NCBI GenBank assembly: GCA_018653085.1
Contig: JABIAY010000049.1
Location: 118,335 to 182,334 of the forward strand
Reading direction: 5' to 3'
DNA from: Nitrospina sp.
Lineage (GTDB): Bacteria > Nitrospinota > Nitrospinia > Nitrospinales > VA-1
Length of the DNA stretch: 64,000 bases
The notes below the pieces were generated by a model, which saw only the letters and a list, made by a program, of their open reading frames with translations, had not been told where the DNA came from and did no database searches. Position numbers and translations under genes: made by a program. How positions within the stretch are numbered: position 1 is the first letter of the stretch; the number at the start of each line of letters is the position of its first letter. Positions 54,791 to 63,801 of the stretch are shown here, piece by piece.

Positions 54791-56176
54791 TACAATATTG
54801 TATCTTCGCGCCCGGTATTTTACGCCGAACTCTTTATTGACGATGGTTTCGCATTGAGCTTCATCGACATCCTTCTGGTGCGTGACGATGGTGGCCTGCA
54901 CTTCGGGAATGTATTTTTTAGCCTCGGTGATGAACTCTTTGATCTTGTCGTAGATGCCGTTCCTGAACATGGGTAGAGGCTGGCAGATTTCGTCATAGGC
55001 TTCTGAAGTATCGGTGTTGAGGCTTACCGAGATTTCATCGATCAGCCCAGACAGTTCAGGAAGAATATTGCGTTTGTTGATGACGTTGCCGTGCCCGTTG
55101 GTATTGAGCCGCACACGCCCGCCGGCATCTTTTATTTTTTGTGCCACTTCCTTGACGACATCCAGTCTTAACGTTGGCTCGCCAAACCCACAGAAAACGA
55201 TCTCGTCATAGTTTTTAACATTGTCGATAGACTGCCAGACTTCTTCTGTTGTTGGTTCTCGTTTCAGTTCCAGGTTATAGCCTTGAACTACAGGTTTGGT
55301 CAGTCGGGTGCAGAAAGTGCAATTCGCCGTGCACCGTTGTGTCAGGTTGAGATAAAGAGAGTTGCGGATTTTATAAGAAACGGTTCCAGTTTTAGCGTTT
55401 TCTCCGATTCCGAACAGTTCGAAAAAGTTGAGGGCCATGGTGCGCTGTACGTCGTCAATTTTTAGTCCGCGAATTTCCGCAAGTTTTTCAGCGGTGAAGT
55501 TCACATAGGCCGGTTCGTTCCGTTTGCCCCGGTGCGGAGTGGGGGTCAGGTAGGGGCAGTCGGTTTCGGTGAGCAGTCGGTCTGCCGGAATGGTTTTTGC
55601 CACTTCCCGCAGAGCCTCGGCTTTTTTAAAAGTTACCGAGCCGGAAAAAGAGATATAAAATCCCATCTCCAGTGCTTTGTCAGCCAGTTCCTGATCTCCG
55701 GAAAAGCAGTGGAAGATTCCCGGGCGTGCTGTTGAGTCTTTCGGGTAGAACTCGGACAGGATGGCGATGATATCTTCGTTGGCATCCCGGCTGTGTACGA
55801 TGATGGGTTTGCCCATATCATGGGCCAGCTGAATTTGATTACGAAAATGAGTGCGCTGGACATCATGTGGCGAATAATTTTTGAAGAAGTCGAGCCCGAT
55901 TTCTCCCAGGGCGATAACTTTCGGGTGTAGCAAAAGTTGTCGCAAGTGGACATAGGTGTCTTCGGTGATGGATTTAACATCGTGCGGATGGATGCCGGCG
56001 GTGGCGTATATGAAGTCATACTGTTCCGCCAGTTCCATGGAGCGGTAACTGCTTTCGACATCGCAACCGATATTGACCATATACTGCACCCCGCTTTCGC
56101 GGGCACGCTCGATGACCTCTTCACGGTCTTCGTCATAGTCGGCGCCATCAATATGCGCGTGGGTATCGATGATCAT
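54785..56176 (-). CDS. TatD-family hydrolase fused to a radical SAM domain
   Basis: 463 aa. The N-terminal half has TatD motifs (IIDTHAHID, HSRDA, ETDCPYL). The C-terminal half has CTANCTFC (CxxxCxxC) and GFGEPTL. Confidence 0.85.
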   Translation of the reverse strand: MIIDTHAHIDGADYDEDREEVIERARESGVQYMVNIGCDVESSYRSMELAEQYDFIYATAGIHPHDVKSITEDTYVHLRQLLLHPKVIALGEIGLDFFKNYSPHDVQRTHFRNQIQLAHDMGKPIIVHSRDANEDIIAILSEFYPKDSTARPGIFHCFSGDQELADKALEMGFYISFSGSVTFKKAEALREVAKTIPADRLLTETDCPYLTPTPHRGKRNEPAYVNFTAEKLAEIRGLKIDDVQRTMALNFFELFGIGENAKTGTVSYKIRNSLYLNLTQRCTANCTFCTRLTKPVVQGYNLELKREPTTEEVWQSIDNVKNYDEIVFCGFGEPTLRLDVVKEVAQKIKDAGGRVRLNTNGHGNVINKRNILPELSGLIDEISVSLNTDTSEAYDEICQPLPMFRNGIYDKIKEFITEAKKYIPEVQATIVTHQKDVDEAQCETIVNKEFGVKYRARRYNIVG

Positions 56177-58098
56177 CTTACCTGAATCCCTTGTCCCGGC
56201 TCCTGATCGAATCCGGCCAGCATGATTTTGCCGTCATTGCTTGCCGCGAGGACCATGCCTTGCGATTCGATGCCCATCAGCTTTACGGGTTTGAGGTTGG
56301 CAACAATGATGACCGTTCGTCCAACAAGGTCTTCGGGTTCATAGCTTTCGGCGATGCCTGCCAGCACCTGCCGGGTCTCGGTGCCGATATCGACTTTCAG
56401 CTGGATGAGTTTTTTTGATTTTTTAACTTTTTCCGCTTCCAGGATTTTACCGGTTCTCAGTTCCACCTTCATGAACTCGTCAATGGTGATCTGGTTTGAA
56501 TCGTCCTCTTTTTTGGATGCGGAGGGTTCGGAAAGTTTCTCAAGAATTTTTGCCGCCTGTTTGTCTTCGATTCTTGGAAACAACTGTTCGGCTTTTTGTG
56601 TTTGGCTTCCCGGTTTCAGTCCACCCCATTTGTTGATGGAATTCATACCCTGTTCTTCGATGGCAGTTTCAACGCCCAGTTGTTTCATCATCGCCTCGGT
56701 GCTTTGCGGCATGAACGGATTCAACAAGACTCCCAAAACGCGAAGCGATTCGGCGCAGTTGTACATCACGGTTTTTAATTGCTCTTTGCCTTCATCGGTT
56801 TTTGCCAGATTCCACGGGCCGGTTTTGACGATGTATTGATTGGTGGTATCCACCAGTTCCCAAATCTTTTGCAGGATTTTATTGTAAGCCAGTTCGTTAT
56901 AAAGGTTACGCACTTCACCAATCACTTCTCCGGCTTTTTGAGTGAGTGAACTGTCCTCCGGCCCTTCTGTCGCAGGGGTGGGAATGATTCCATCAAAATA
57001 TTTCTCCATCATATTGACAGTTCGGTTTAGCAGGTTGCCGAGGTTGTTGGCCAGGTCGCTGTTGAGTCTGCCTATGAGGGCTTTATGCGAGAAGTCGCCG
57101 TCCAGTCCGAAAGGAACTTCCCGCAGAAGGAAATAACGGATGACATCAACCCCGAACTGATCGATCAACTGGTTGGGCTCCACAACATTTTGTAGTGACT
57201 TGGACATCTTTTGTCCGTTCACGGTCCACCAGCCATGCGCGAAAATATTTTTCGGTGGTTCCAGTCCAATGGCCTTGAGCATGGTGGACCAATATACCGC
57301 GTGCGTGGTGAGAATATCCTTGCCGACCATATTATGATCGGCAGGCCAGAACCCGGAGGACTTGATGTCGTCCAGCGAACCGTGGATGGAAATATAGTTG
57401 ATCAGCGCATCGAACCAGACATAGGTTACGTAATCTTCATCGAAGGGAAGGGGGATGCCCCAGGCAAGTCTGGATTTGGGCCGCGAGATGCATAAATCTC
57501 CCAGCGGTTTTTCCAGAAAACCAAGCACCTCGTTTCTACGGGAAGCCGGCAGAATGAAATGCGGATCGTTTTTAATTTTTTCGACCAGCCACTGCTGATA
57601 TTTTCCCATGCGAAAAAAATAATTATGTTCTTTGATCTTGTCCACCTTGCGGCGGCACTCCGGACAGTTTCCTTCAGCCAGATCTTTCTCGGTCCAGAAC
57701 CTCTCGCAGGGTGTGCAGTACCAGCCTTCGTAGCTGTCCTGATAAATTTCATCCCTGGAGTGGAGTTCCTGAAGAATATCTCGGACCAGTTTTTTATGTC
57801 GCTCCTCGGTGGTGCGAATGAAACCGGTGTTGGAAATATTGAGCCGCACCCAGAGTTCTTTGAACCGCTGATGCAGTTTGTCGACATGTTCCTGAGGGCT
57901 CACGCCAACATCATTGGCGGCCTGCTGGACTTTTTGCCCATGCTCATCCGTGCCGGTCAGGAAAAAGACTTCATTTCCTTCAAGGCGTTTGTAGCGGGCC
58001 ACCACATCCGCCGCGATAGTAGTATAGGCATGGCCTATATGGGGGACATCGTTCACGTAGTAAATAGGAGTGGTGATATAAAACTTGTTTTGTTGCAT
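56173..58098 (-). CDS. metG: methionine--tRNA ligase
   Basis: 641 aa with HIGHAYT (HIGH), KMSKS, a zinc knuckle CPECRRK, and a C-terminal tRNA-binding (Trbp111-like) domain. Confidence 0.97.
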   Translation of the reverse strand: MQQNKFYITTPIYYVNDVPHIGHAYTTIAADVVARYKRLEGNEVFFLTGTDEHGQKVQQAANDVGVSPQEHVDKLHQRFKELWVRLNISNTGFIRTTEERHKKLVRDILQELHSRDEIYQDSYEGWYCTPCERFWTEKDLAEGNCPECRRKVDKIKEHNYFFRMGKYQQWLVEKIKNDPHFILPASRRNEVLGFLEKPLGDLCISRPKSRLAWGIPLPFDEDYVTYVWFDALINYISIHGSLDDIKSSGFWPADHNMVGKDILTTHAVYWSTMLKAIGLEPPKNIFAHGWWTVNGQKMSKSLQNVVEPNQLIDQFGVDVIRYFLLREVPFGLDGDFSHKALIGRLNSDLANNLGNLLNRTVNMMEKYFDGIIPTPATEGPEDSSLTQKAGEVIGEVRNLYNELAYNKILQKIWELVDTTNQYIVKTGPWNLAKTDEGKEQLKTVMYNCAESLRVLGVLLNPFMPQSTEAMMKQLGVETAIEEQGMNSINKWGGLKPGSQTQKAEQLFPRIEDKQAAKILEKLSEPSASKKEDDSNQITIDEFMKVELRTGKILEAEKVKKSKKLIQLKVDIGTETRQVLAGIAESYEPEDLVGRTVIIVANLKPVKLMGIESQGMVLAASNDGKIMLAGFDQEPGQGIQVR

Positions 58099-58115
58099 GG
58101 AGTGGATTTTCCGCT

Positions 58116-59048
58116 TCAGGGTTTTTGAGGCTTTTGATGTTTTTGAGGTTTTTGATGTTTTTGTGGATTTTGTGAATTTTGTGGGTTTTGTGGGTTTTGT
58201 GGATTTTTGGCTTCTGGCAGTTCGTCCAGAGGATAGGTCACTATGTTTTCATCTTCCAGTCGAACCACGACACGCTGTTCCAGAATTTCATTTTTCAGGA
58301 CCCGCCCCGGGCCTTCCGGAGTTTGAATCGGGCTGTTTACTTTGGGCAGATTCTTGATAAGGGCTTTGTAGTTGTCGTGCTCATATTGCAGGCAACACAT
58401 GAGCCGTCCGCATACGCCGGAAATTTTACTGGGGTTGAGTGCCATGCCCTGGTTTTTGGCCATTTTTATAGTCACCGGTGTAAAGTCGGGGAGCCAGGTG
58501 GAACAGCAAAGCGTTTCCCCGCATACTCCATAACCCCCGATAACTCTTGCCTCGTCACGCACTCCGACTTGCCTCATCTCAATGCGATGGCGCAGATTGG
58601 AAGCCAGGTCACGGATCAACTGGCGAAAGTCCACCCGGCCTTCGGCGGTGAAGAAGAAAATCGTCTTGTTCATATGCGGCTGGTGCACCACCCGACTCAG
58701 GTTCATCGGCAGTTTCAGCTCTACAATTTTATCATTACACAGGATCCTGGCCTTTTCCTCGACCTGATTTCGCCGGCTTTCTACCTGAAAGTCGTTGTCA
58801 TTGGCGATACGCAGTACCCGGTTAAAGCTACGGTTCTCGCGAAAATTGCGCATCTTGTTTGAGGCCACCACACCCATTTTTAATCCCTGCTGGGTGTTGA
58901 TCATCACTGTCATTCCTACCTTTAGTTTCAAGTCTTCCGGATTATAAAGTTCCGATTTAACCTGGTCCAGAATTCGCACCCCAATAACAAATCGGGCCGG
59001 TTGCTTGGGAGGAGAGTTTTTAGCAGTTTCTTTAACGGCAGTATTCAT
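58116..59048 (-). CDS. ricT: PSP1 domain protein (RicT/YaaT-like) with C-terminal PQN/PQK repeat tail
   Basis: 310 aa with the PSP1 motif CGRLMCCLQYEHDNY. Conserved holB-yaaT synteny. Tail NPQNPQNPQNSQNPQKHQKPQKHQKPQKP. Confidence 0.85.
   Translation of the reverse strand: MNTAVKETAKNSPPKQPARFVIGVRILDQVKSELYNPEDLKLKVGMTVMINTQQGLKMGVVASNKMRNFRENRSFNRVLRIANDNDFQVESRRNQVEEKARILCNDKIVELKLPMNLSRVVHQPHMNKTIFFFTAEGRVDFRQLIRDLASNLRHRIEMRQVGVRDEARVIGGYGVCGETLCCSTWLPDFTPVTIKMAKNQGMALNPSKISGVCGRLMCCLQYEHDNYKALIKNLPKVNSPIQTPEGPGRVLKNEILEQRVVVRLEDENIVTYPLDELPEAKNPQNPQNPQNSQNPQKHQKPQKHQKPQKP
58119..58211 (-). repeat. 9-bp-periodic coding repeat (PQN/PQK tail of RicT-like protein)
   Basis: The plus strand reads as iterations of ttttg(a/t)gg(c/t/a) units (ggtttttgaggcttttgatgtttttgaggtttttgatgtttttgtggattttgtgaattttgtgggttttgtgggttttgtgg). 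Confidence 0.8.
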
Positions 59049-59096
59049 AAAACGGGGTCTCTATTTATTTGATAATTTTTCACTAACCGATACTAC

Positions 59097-59408
59097 CTGC
59101 CTCCGGCGGCTCGCCGCCACTAGGCGTGGGGCCAACTGGCAATGGCTATATCTGGCTAGCAATGATCTTCTCGGCTCAACGAGCCCTTGCTGTCTGCCTC
59201 CGGCGGCTCACCGCCACTAGGCGTGGGGTCAACTGGCAATGGCTATATCTGGCTAGCAATGATCTTCTCGGCTCAACGAGCCCTTGCTGTCTGCCTCCGG
59301 TGGCTCACCGCCACTAGGCGTGGGGCCAACTGGCAATGGCTGTACCTGGCTAGCAATGATCTTCTCGGCTCAACGAGCCCTTGCTGTCTGCCTCCGGTGG
59401 CTCACCGG
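59097..59408 (+). repeat. tandem array, 3 full + 1 partial copies of a 97-bp unit
   Basis: Units start at 59097, 59194, 59291 and 59388 (ctgcctccgg...). The period is exactly 97 bp with 2-4 substitutions between units. There are no spacers. The last partial unit abuts the holB TAG stop. Confidence 0.92.
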
Positions 59409-60428
59409 CTATGCGGCCTCACAAAATTCGATAAGCATGTTTTCCAGAAACAGTTGGGCATTGGCGTTGCCGGACAAAGCGACCTGGGTATTGCGGACAA
59501 CGGTGAAACGATCCAGCCAGGTTTTTAGACTGCGGGTTTGGGCTATCTGTATCAGATTAGCCGATAAATTTCTATTCTGGATATCTGATTGACTGCAACC
59601 GGAACGATAGAGAGCCAGGTCACGAATCAAACCCAATAATTCATTTAATACGGACTGCAGTTGTTCTGTCTGCTTTGCCCAGGTTTTCGCAAAGGCAAAC
59701 ACGATGTCCATACGGTCGAAAGACACTTTTTCCAGAACTTCCAGTAGTTGTTCTCTTATAGTTTCCATTTCCTCAAAGTCTTCAGCCAATGCCCGGTCGA
59801 CACTCCCCTGTGACCGCTGGGTGTGAAAGTCGAGATCTGATTCTGTCAACGACTCGCCTTTTTCCTGAAGCTGAGATTGGATAATTTCCCTGATCTCTGA
59901 TGAAGAGAGGCGGTGAAACTGTATCCCCTGACACCTTGATAGAAGGGTCGGCAATAGTCTGTGAGGGTTTGAAGATATCAGTATCAGTACAGTAGATGAA
60001 GGAGGTTCCTCCAGCGTTTTTAAAAAAGAGTTCGCGGCCTGAAGATTCAAGAGGTCGGCGGAATCGACCACCACGACTTTTGTTTTCCCTTCATAGGGTA
60101 GATAGGCCAGTTTTTTTTGCAGTTCACGAATCGGTTCAATCTTAATAACCGCTTCCCGGGAAGTGGGGGTGCTTTTAACCGGTTCGATAAAGAAAAAATC
60201 AGGATGGACGCCGCGCTCAATTTTCAGGCAGGATTCGCACTCGTCACAAGCATCCAGTGGGTCAGACCCTTTACAGTTGAGAGCTTTGGCCAGGGTAATG
60301 GCCAACTTTTTTTTTCCGATACTCTCTTGTCCATAAAACAGGTAGGCGTGTGCGACACTGCTGTTTTGGAGAGCGTTTGTCAGTATTTTTTTTGGCTGTG
60401 ACTGCCCCAGAATTTGCTTAAACGACAT
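59409..60428 (-). CDS. holB: DNA polymerase III subunit delta'
   Basis: 339 aa. N-terminal HAYLFYGQESIGKK is a degenerate P-loop. CDECESC zinc module. VVVVDSADLLN (box VI). Confidence 0.9.
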   Translation of the reverse strand: MSFKQILGQSQPKKILTNALQNSSVAHAYLFYGQESIGKKKLAITLAKALNCKGSDPLDACDECESCLKIERGVHPDFFFIEPVKSTPTSREAVIKIEPIRELQKKLAYLPYEGKTKVVVVDSADLLNLQAANSFLKTLEEPPSSTVLILISSNPHRLLPTLLSRCQGIQFHRLSSSEIREIIQSQLQEKGESLTESDLDFHTQRSQGSVDRALAEDFEEMETIREQLLEVLEKVSFDRMDIVFAFAKTWAKQTEQLQSVLNELLGLIRDLALYRSGCSQSDIQNRNLSANLIQIAQTRSLKTWLDRFTVVRNTQVALSGNANAQLFLENMLIEFCEAA

Positions 60429-60720
60429 GATATTTAGCGGTACCTTTGTTTCCTGTGAAAGCTATTTTAAAACCTAAAGGAAGCGTTTGACATTCCCGGT
60501 TGCAACAAGGGAAGGAAGAAGAAAATCTGCAACCCCTTAAAGGAGTTGAACTTAAAGCGACTTATCCTGACAGCTATCTTAATACACGGTCTGCTGACTG
60601 TAAATTAAAAAGGGTCTCAGGCAAACTGTTTTATTCAGGTAATGAATAGCCGATTGATAAATGCGGTGGAAGCGATGGGTATTGCCGCCCACTTTTTTTC
60701 ACTCTTTATGCCGACAAATA

Positions 60721-60750
60721 TTGAAATAAAGGGTTATTTGTGGTTATAAT
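60721..60750 (+). promoter_or_regulatory. candidate sigma-70 promoter of the ferredoxin gene
   Basis: TTGAAA-N18-TATAAT, 63 nt upstream of the ATG at 60813. Confidence 0.4.
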
Positions 60751-60812
60751 CTCGGCGGTTTTGTTACAATTGTTGAAATGCATCGTTAAACTATTTGTAA
60801 TAGGATGGATTC

Positions 60813-61139
60813 ATGGCCACCAAAGAAAAAACCAAGCGTAACGTACAGAGAAAACGAAAACCAAAAATACTGGCCGTTATCAACGATGCCTGTACCGGTT
60901 GTGCTGGGTCCCCTATCTGCATTACCGAGTGTCCGGTTGACAGTTGTATGTACGAGGTAGAAAATCCGGATGCTCCGGCTTTTAACCGTGTCCATGTCGA
61001 TCCCTTACTGTGCATTGGCTGTAAAAAATGTATCAGTAAAGGCCCTATGGATACTTTCTTAGAAGGTTGCCCCTGGGATGCGATTGATATGATGCCACTT
61101 GAGGCTTATGAGATTGAATATGGATCCCTTCCTTATTAA
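60813..61139 (+). CDS. 2x[4Fe-4S] ferredoxin-type protein with basic N-terminal extension
   Basis: 108 aa with CTGCAGSPICITECP and CIGCKKC...CP clusters. N-terminal KEKTKRNVQRKRKPK. Confidence 0.8.
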   Translation: MATKEKTKRNVQRKRKPKILAVINDACTGCAGSPICITECPVDSCMYEVENPDAPAFNRVHVDPLLCIGCKKCISKGPMDTFLEGCPWDAIDMMPLEAYEIEYGSLPY

Positions 61140-61313
61140 CTGCAAAACCCTTTAAAATTTATTGAATTTCAGATGTGAAGAGGAGGTCTTCAGGGGCTAT
61201 TTAGGCGTTGGCTCGTGAGAGGCTCACCCTGTTCCCGGATTAATGCTCAGGTTGCTGGTATTTAGAGTGCATTTTTAATGTATTTAAGGGGATTTAAGCT
61301 ACAAAATTTTTTT

Positions 61314-61343
61314 TTGGACAACCTCAAAACGTTGCGGTATGAT
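61314..61343 (+). promoter_or_regulatory. candidate sigma-70 promoter of the atp operon
   Basis: TTGGAC-N18-TATGAT, about 45 nt upstream of atpZ. Confidence 0.4.
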
Positions 61344-61387
61344 AGGCCCGATTTCCTGCTAGACGATTCCTCCCAAGCGTTAAATTG

Positions 61388-61630
61388 ATGAGTAAAAACA
61401 ACGGCCTCCGTCAGGGTATGCAGATAGCGTTCAGATTGGGAACTGAACTGACGGTAGCCACGTTGATCGGTGCCTTGATGGGTCATGGCCTGGATCGATT
61501 TTTCGACATCAGGCCTTGGGGCCTGGCAGTCGGGGTCATAGTGGGAGGGGCCGCAGGGTGTTTGAATGTTTATCGGGCGGCTATGTTGTTGGATATAGAT
61601 GTGGAAGACGATGACGATAATAATTCCTGA
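61388..61630 (+). CDS. AtpZ/AtpI-family small membrane protein of the ATP synthase operon
   Basis: About 80 aa with two TM helices (ELTVATLIGALMGHGLD / PWGLAVGVIVGGAAGCLNVYR), like ATPase_gene1 family proteins. First gene of the atp operon. Confidence 0.7.
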   Translation: MSKNNGLRQGMQIAFRLGTELTVATLIGALMGHGLDRFFDIRPWGLAVGVIVGGAAGCLNVYRAAMLLDIDVEDDDDNNS

Positions 61631-61649
61631 ACTGGATAAGATTTAGATT

Positions 61650-62381
61650 ATGGAAAGTCCGTTACATCATTTTGAAGTTCATACCCTTATTCCTATTCAT
61701 ATAGGAGGACTGGACCTTTCTATCAACAACGCTGTAGTGGCGATGTGGGTGGGTTTGGCCATCGTAGCCGGAGCTTTCATGCTGGTGGTGAACCGGGGGA
61801 TTTCTCCCATACCGGGAAAACTGCAGAGTGTTCTGGAGCTTGTCCTGGAGTTCATAAGCGATCTGGTTTTTGAGTTTATCGGGAAAGAAGAGGGTAAAAA
61901 ATATGTTCCGTTCATTACTACCCTGTTTCTATTTATTCTGGCCTGTAACCTGATCGGGCTGGTGCCGGGTTCTTATACGATCACCAGCCAGGTGGCGGTG
62001 ACCGGAGCCTTTGCGGTTGGCATTTTTATCATGACGCTGGTGATCGGATTCAGCAAACACGGCATGCACTTTTTTGGAATTCTGGTGCCGCCGGGGGTTC
62101 CCAAAATCATGATTCCTTTAATGGTTCCTATTGAAATTGTCAGTATGCTGGCGCGTCCTATCTCGCTTGCGGTTCGGTTGTTTGCCAATATGACGGCGGG
62201 GCATACCGTGCTTGCGGTGCTATTTGGACTTGCCTTGACCGCACCAGGATGGGTGAGCTGGATGCCTTTCGGGTTCACGGTAGTCATTAACGGATTGGAA
62301 ATCGCCATTGCATTTATTCAAGCTTATATTTTTACAACGCTGACCTGTGTTTACATTGGCGATGTGATCAAGTTACATTAA
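61650..62381 (+). CDS. atpB: F0F1 ATP synthase subunit a
   Basis: 243 aa with the conserved RPISLAVRLFANMTAGH containing the essential Arg. Confidence 0.95.
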   Translation: MESPLHHFEVHTLIPIHIGGLDLSINNAVVAMWVGLAIVAGAFMLVVNRGISPIPGKLQSVLELVLEFISDLVFEFIGKEEGKKYVPFITTLFLFILACNLIGLVPGSYTITSQVAVTGAFAVGIFIMTLVIGFSKHGMHFFGILVPPGVPKIMIPLMVPIEIVSMLARPISLAVRLFANMTAGHTVLAVLFGLALTAPGWVSWMPFGFTVVINGLEIAIAFIQAYIFTTLTCVYIGDVIKLH

Positions 62382-62413
62382 TTTTTTTGTCACAAAAACT
62401 TTAGGAGGAAAGA

Positions 62414-62635
62414 ATGGGTTCTGAAGCTGCTGCATTAATTGGAATGGGTTTGTGCGCCGCCGGGTTTTTTGGTGCCGCCTTGGGGATCGCTTATATTTTC
62501 GCGAAAACCATCGAAACCGTTGGGCGTCAGCCTAATTGTGAGGCGCGGGTTGCCAAATATTGCTGGATTGGTTTCGCATTGGTAGAAGCAATTGCGCTGT
62601 ATGCACTGGTTATTGCCTTTATCATCATGCCGTAA
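62414..62635 (+). CDS. atpE: F0F1 ATP synthase subunit c
   Basis: 73 aa forming a helical hairpin, with the loop GRQP and the ion-binding Glu in FALVEAIALYALV. Confidence 0.95.
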   Translation: MGSEAAALIGMGLCAAGFFGAALGIAYIFAKTIETVGRQPNCEARVAKYCWIGFALVEAIALYALVIAFIIMP

Positions 62636-62706
62636 AGTCATGCCGTGAAAGGGGCGGTGGCTGGGTGCCACCTCCCTGTTGGACGAACTTTTTTTAAGGA
62701 TTGGAT

Positions 62707-63228
62707 ATGCCTCAATTTGAACAGGTATCTGTTTTCGGCTCGCTGATTTTCTGGTCGCTGGTTTCCTTCGGACTTTTGTTTTTTGTTCTTAAGAAATTTG
62801 CTTTTCCTCCTATTTTGAATGCCCTGGACGAACGGGAAAAAAAGATTCGCGGTGATATTGAAGACTCCGAGAGAATAAAAGAAGAAGCGCAAACGATTAA
62901 AGTGGAGCTGGAAGAAACGCTGAAAGCCGCGCATGGCAAGGCAGAGACGATTGTGCAGTTGGCCCAGGATGAGGCCAAGAAGGTTCTGGAAAAAAATCTC
63001 CAGGAAACCGAGGCAAAAGTCCGGCAGGTTCAAAAAGACGCGGAGCAGGAAATTCAAAGCTCACGCAACAAGCTTCTTCAGGAAGTGCGCAGTTACACAG
63101 CGGCTTTGACGATTGCTTCCACAGAGAAGTTCCTGAAAAAAGCTCTGGATGATGCGGATAAAAAGAAGCTTGTGGAAGAGTCCATTGAGCAGGTAATTGA
63201 GGAACTGGAAAAACGTCAGAACAACTGA
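62707..63228 (+). CDS. atpF: F0F1 ATP synthase subunit b
   Basis: ATG at 62707. Single N-terminal TM helix, then a long charged helix (LDEREKKIRGDIEDSE...). Confidence 0.85.
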   Translation: MPQFEQVSVFGSLIFWSLVSFGLLFFVLKKFAFPPILNALDEREKKIRGDIEDSERIKEEAQTIKVELEETLKAAHGKAETIVQLAQDEAKKVLEKNLQETEAKVRQVQKDAEQEIQSSRNKLLQEVRSYTAALTIASTEKFLKKALDDADKKKLVEESIEQVIEELEKRQNN

Positions 63229-63249
63229 CACCCTAATTAAGGCTGAACG

Positions 63250-63801
63250 ATGCTGGAAAATCAGATTGGAAAAAGATACGCCGAGGCACTGTCCGGAAAT
63301 ATTTCGGATACGGGTGCGCTGGAAAAGGCTCTGGCAAATTTACAGGCCTTTGAAGAGGCCATTCAAGCCGAAAAGCAGTTGGTGCGCTTTTTTGAGCATC
63401 CTTCCATTCCCACAGAAAAGAAACAGAATGTGGTTCAGGAAATTTGCAGTCGTCTTGCGGTGGAAAGCGAAGTATCCAAGATGATGGTTTTGCTCAACGA
63501 GCGGGGCAAGGTCCTGTATTTGGGAAAAATTGTCGAATATTTTGAGCAGGTGGTGGACCGCCGGTTGAACCGCACGCGGGTTCATGTTGTTTCGGCTCAC
63601 CCGTTGACCGATGAGAACATTGGCCGTTTGAAAGCCGCGCTGAATAAGATTTTAGGAAAAACTATTTTGATCGATACCGAGGTGGATGAGTCGCTGATTG
63701 GCGGCATCATGTTACGCATCGGGGACCAGGTGACGGATGACACTATTCGCAACCGTTTGGAGATCTTGAAACGAACGATAGAGAAAGAGGAGGTAGCCTA
63801 A
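63250..63801 (+). CDS. atpH: F0F1 ATP synthase subunit delta (OSCP)
   Basis: 183 aa. IGKRYAEAL N-terminus and LIGG..LRIGD..TD.T.R C-terminus are typical of AtpH. Confidence 0.85.
   Translation: MLENQIGKRYAEALSGNISDTGALEKALANLQAFEEAIQAEKQLVRFFEHPSIPTEKKQNVVQEICSRLAVESEVSKMMVLLNERGKVLYLGKIVEYFEQVVDRRLNRTRVHVVSAHPLTDENIGRLKAALNKILGKTILIDTEVDESLIGGIMLRIGDQVTDDTIRNRLEILKRTIEKEEVA

Noticed and set aside
59097-59408. Possible CRISPR array.
   Set aside because: The units are contiguous at an exact 97-bp period with no unique spacers. The unit is far longer than CRISPR repeats, and there are no cas genes in the window.
59005-59592. Four overlapping plus-strand ORFs (71, 63, 113 and 102 aa) with near-identical peptides (..LAMIFSAQRALAVCLR.LTATRRG.NWQWLYLASNDLLGSTSPCCLPP..).
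   Set aside because: They are read-through of the 97-bp tandem repeat. The peptides repeat because the DNA repeats, they are Cys/Arg/Trp-rich, and the last two run antisense into holB. They were not called as genes.
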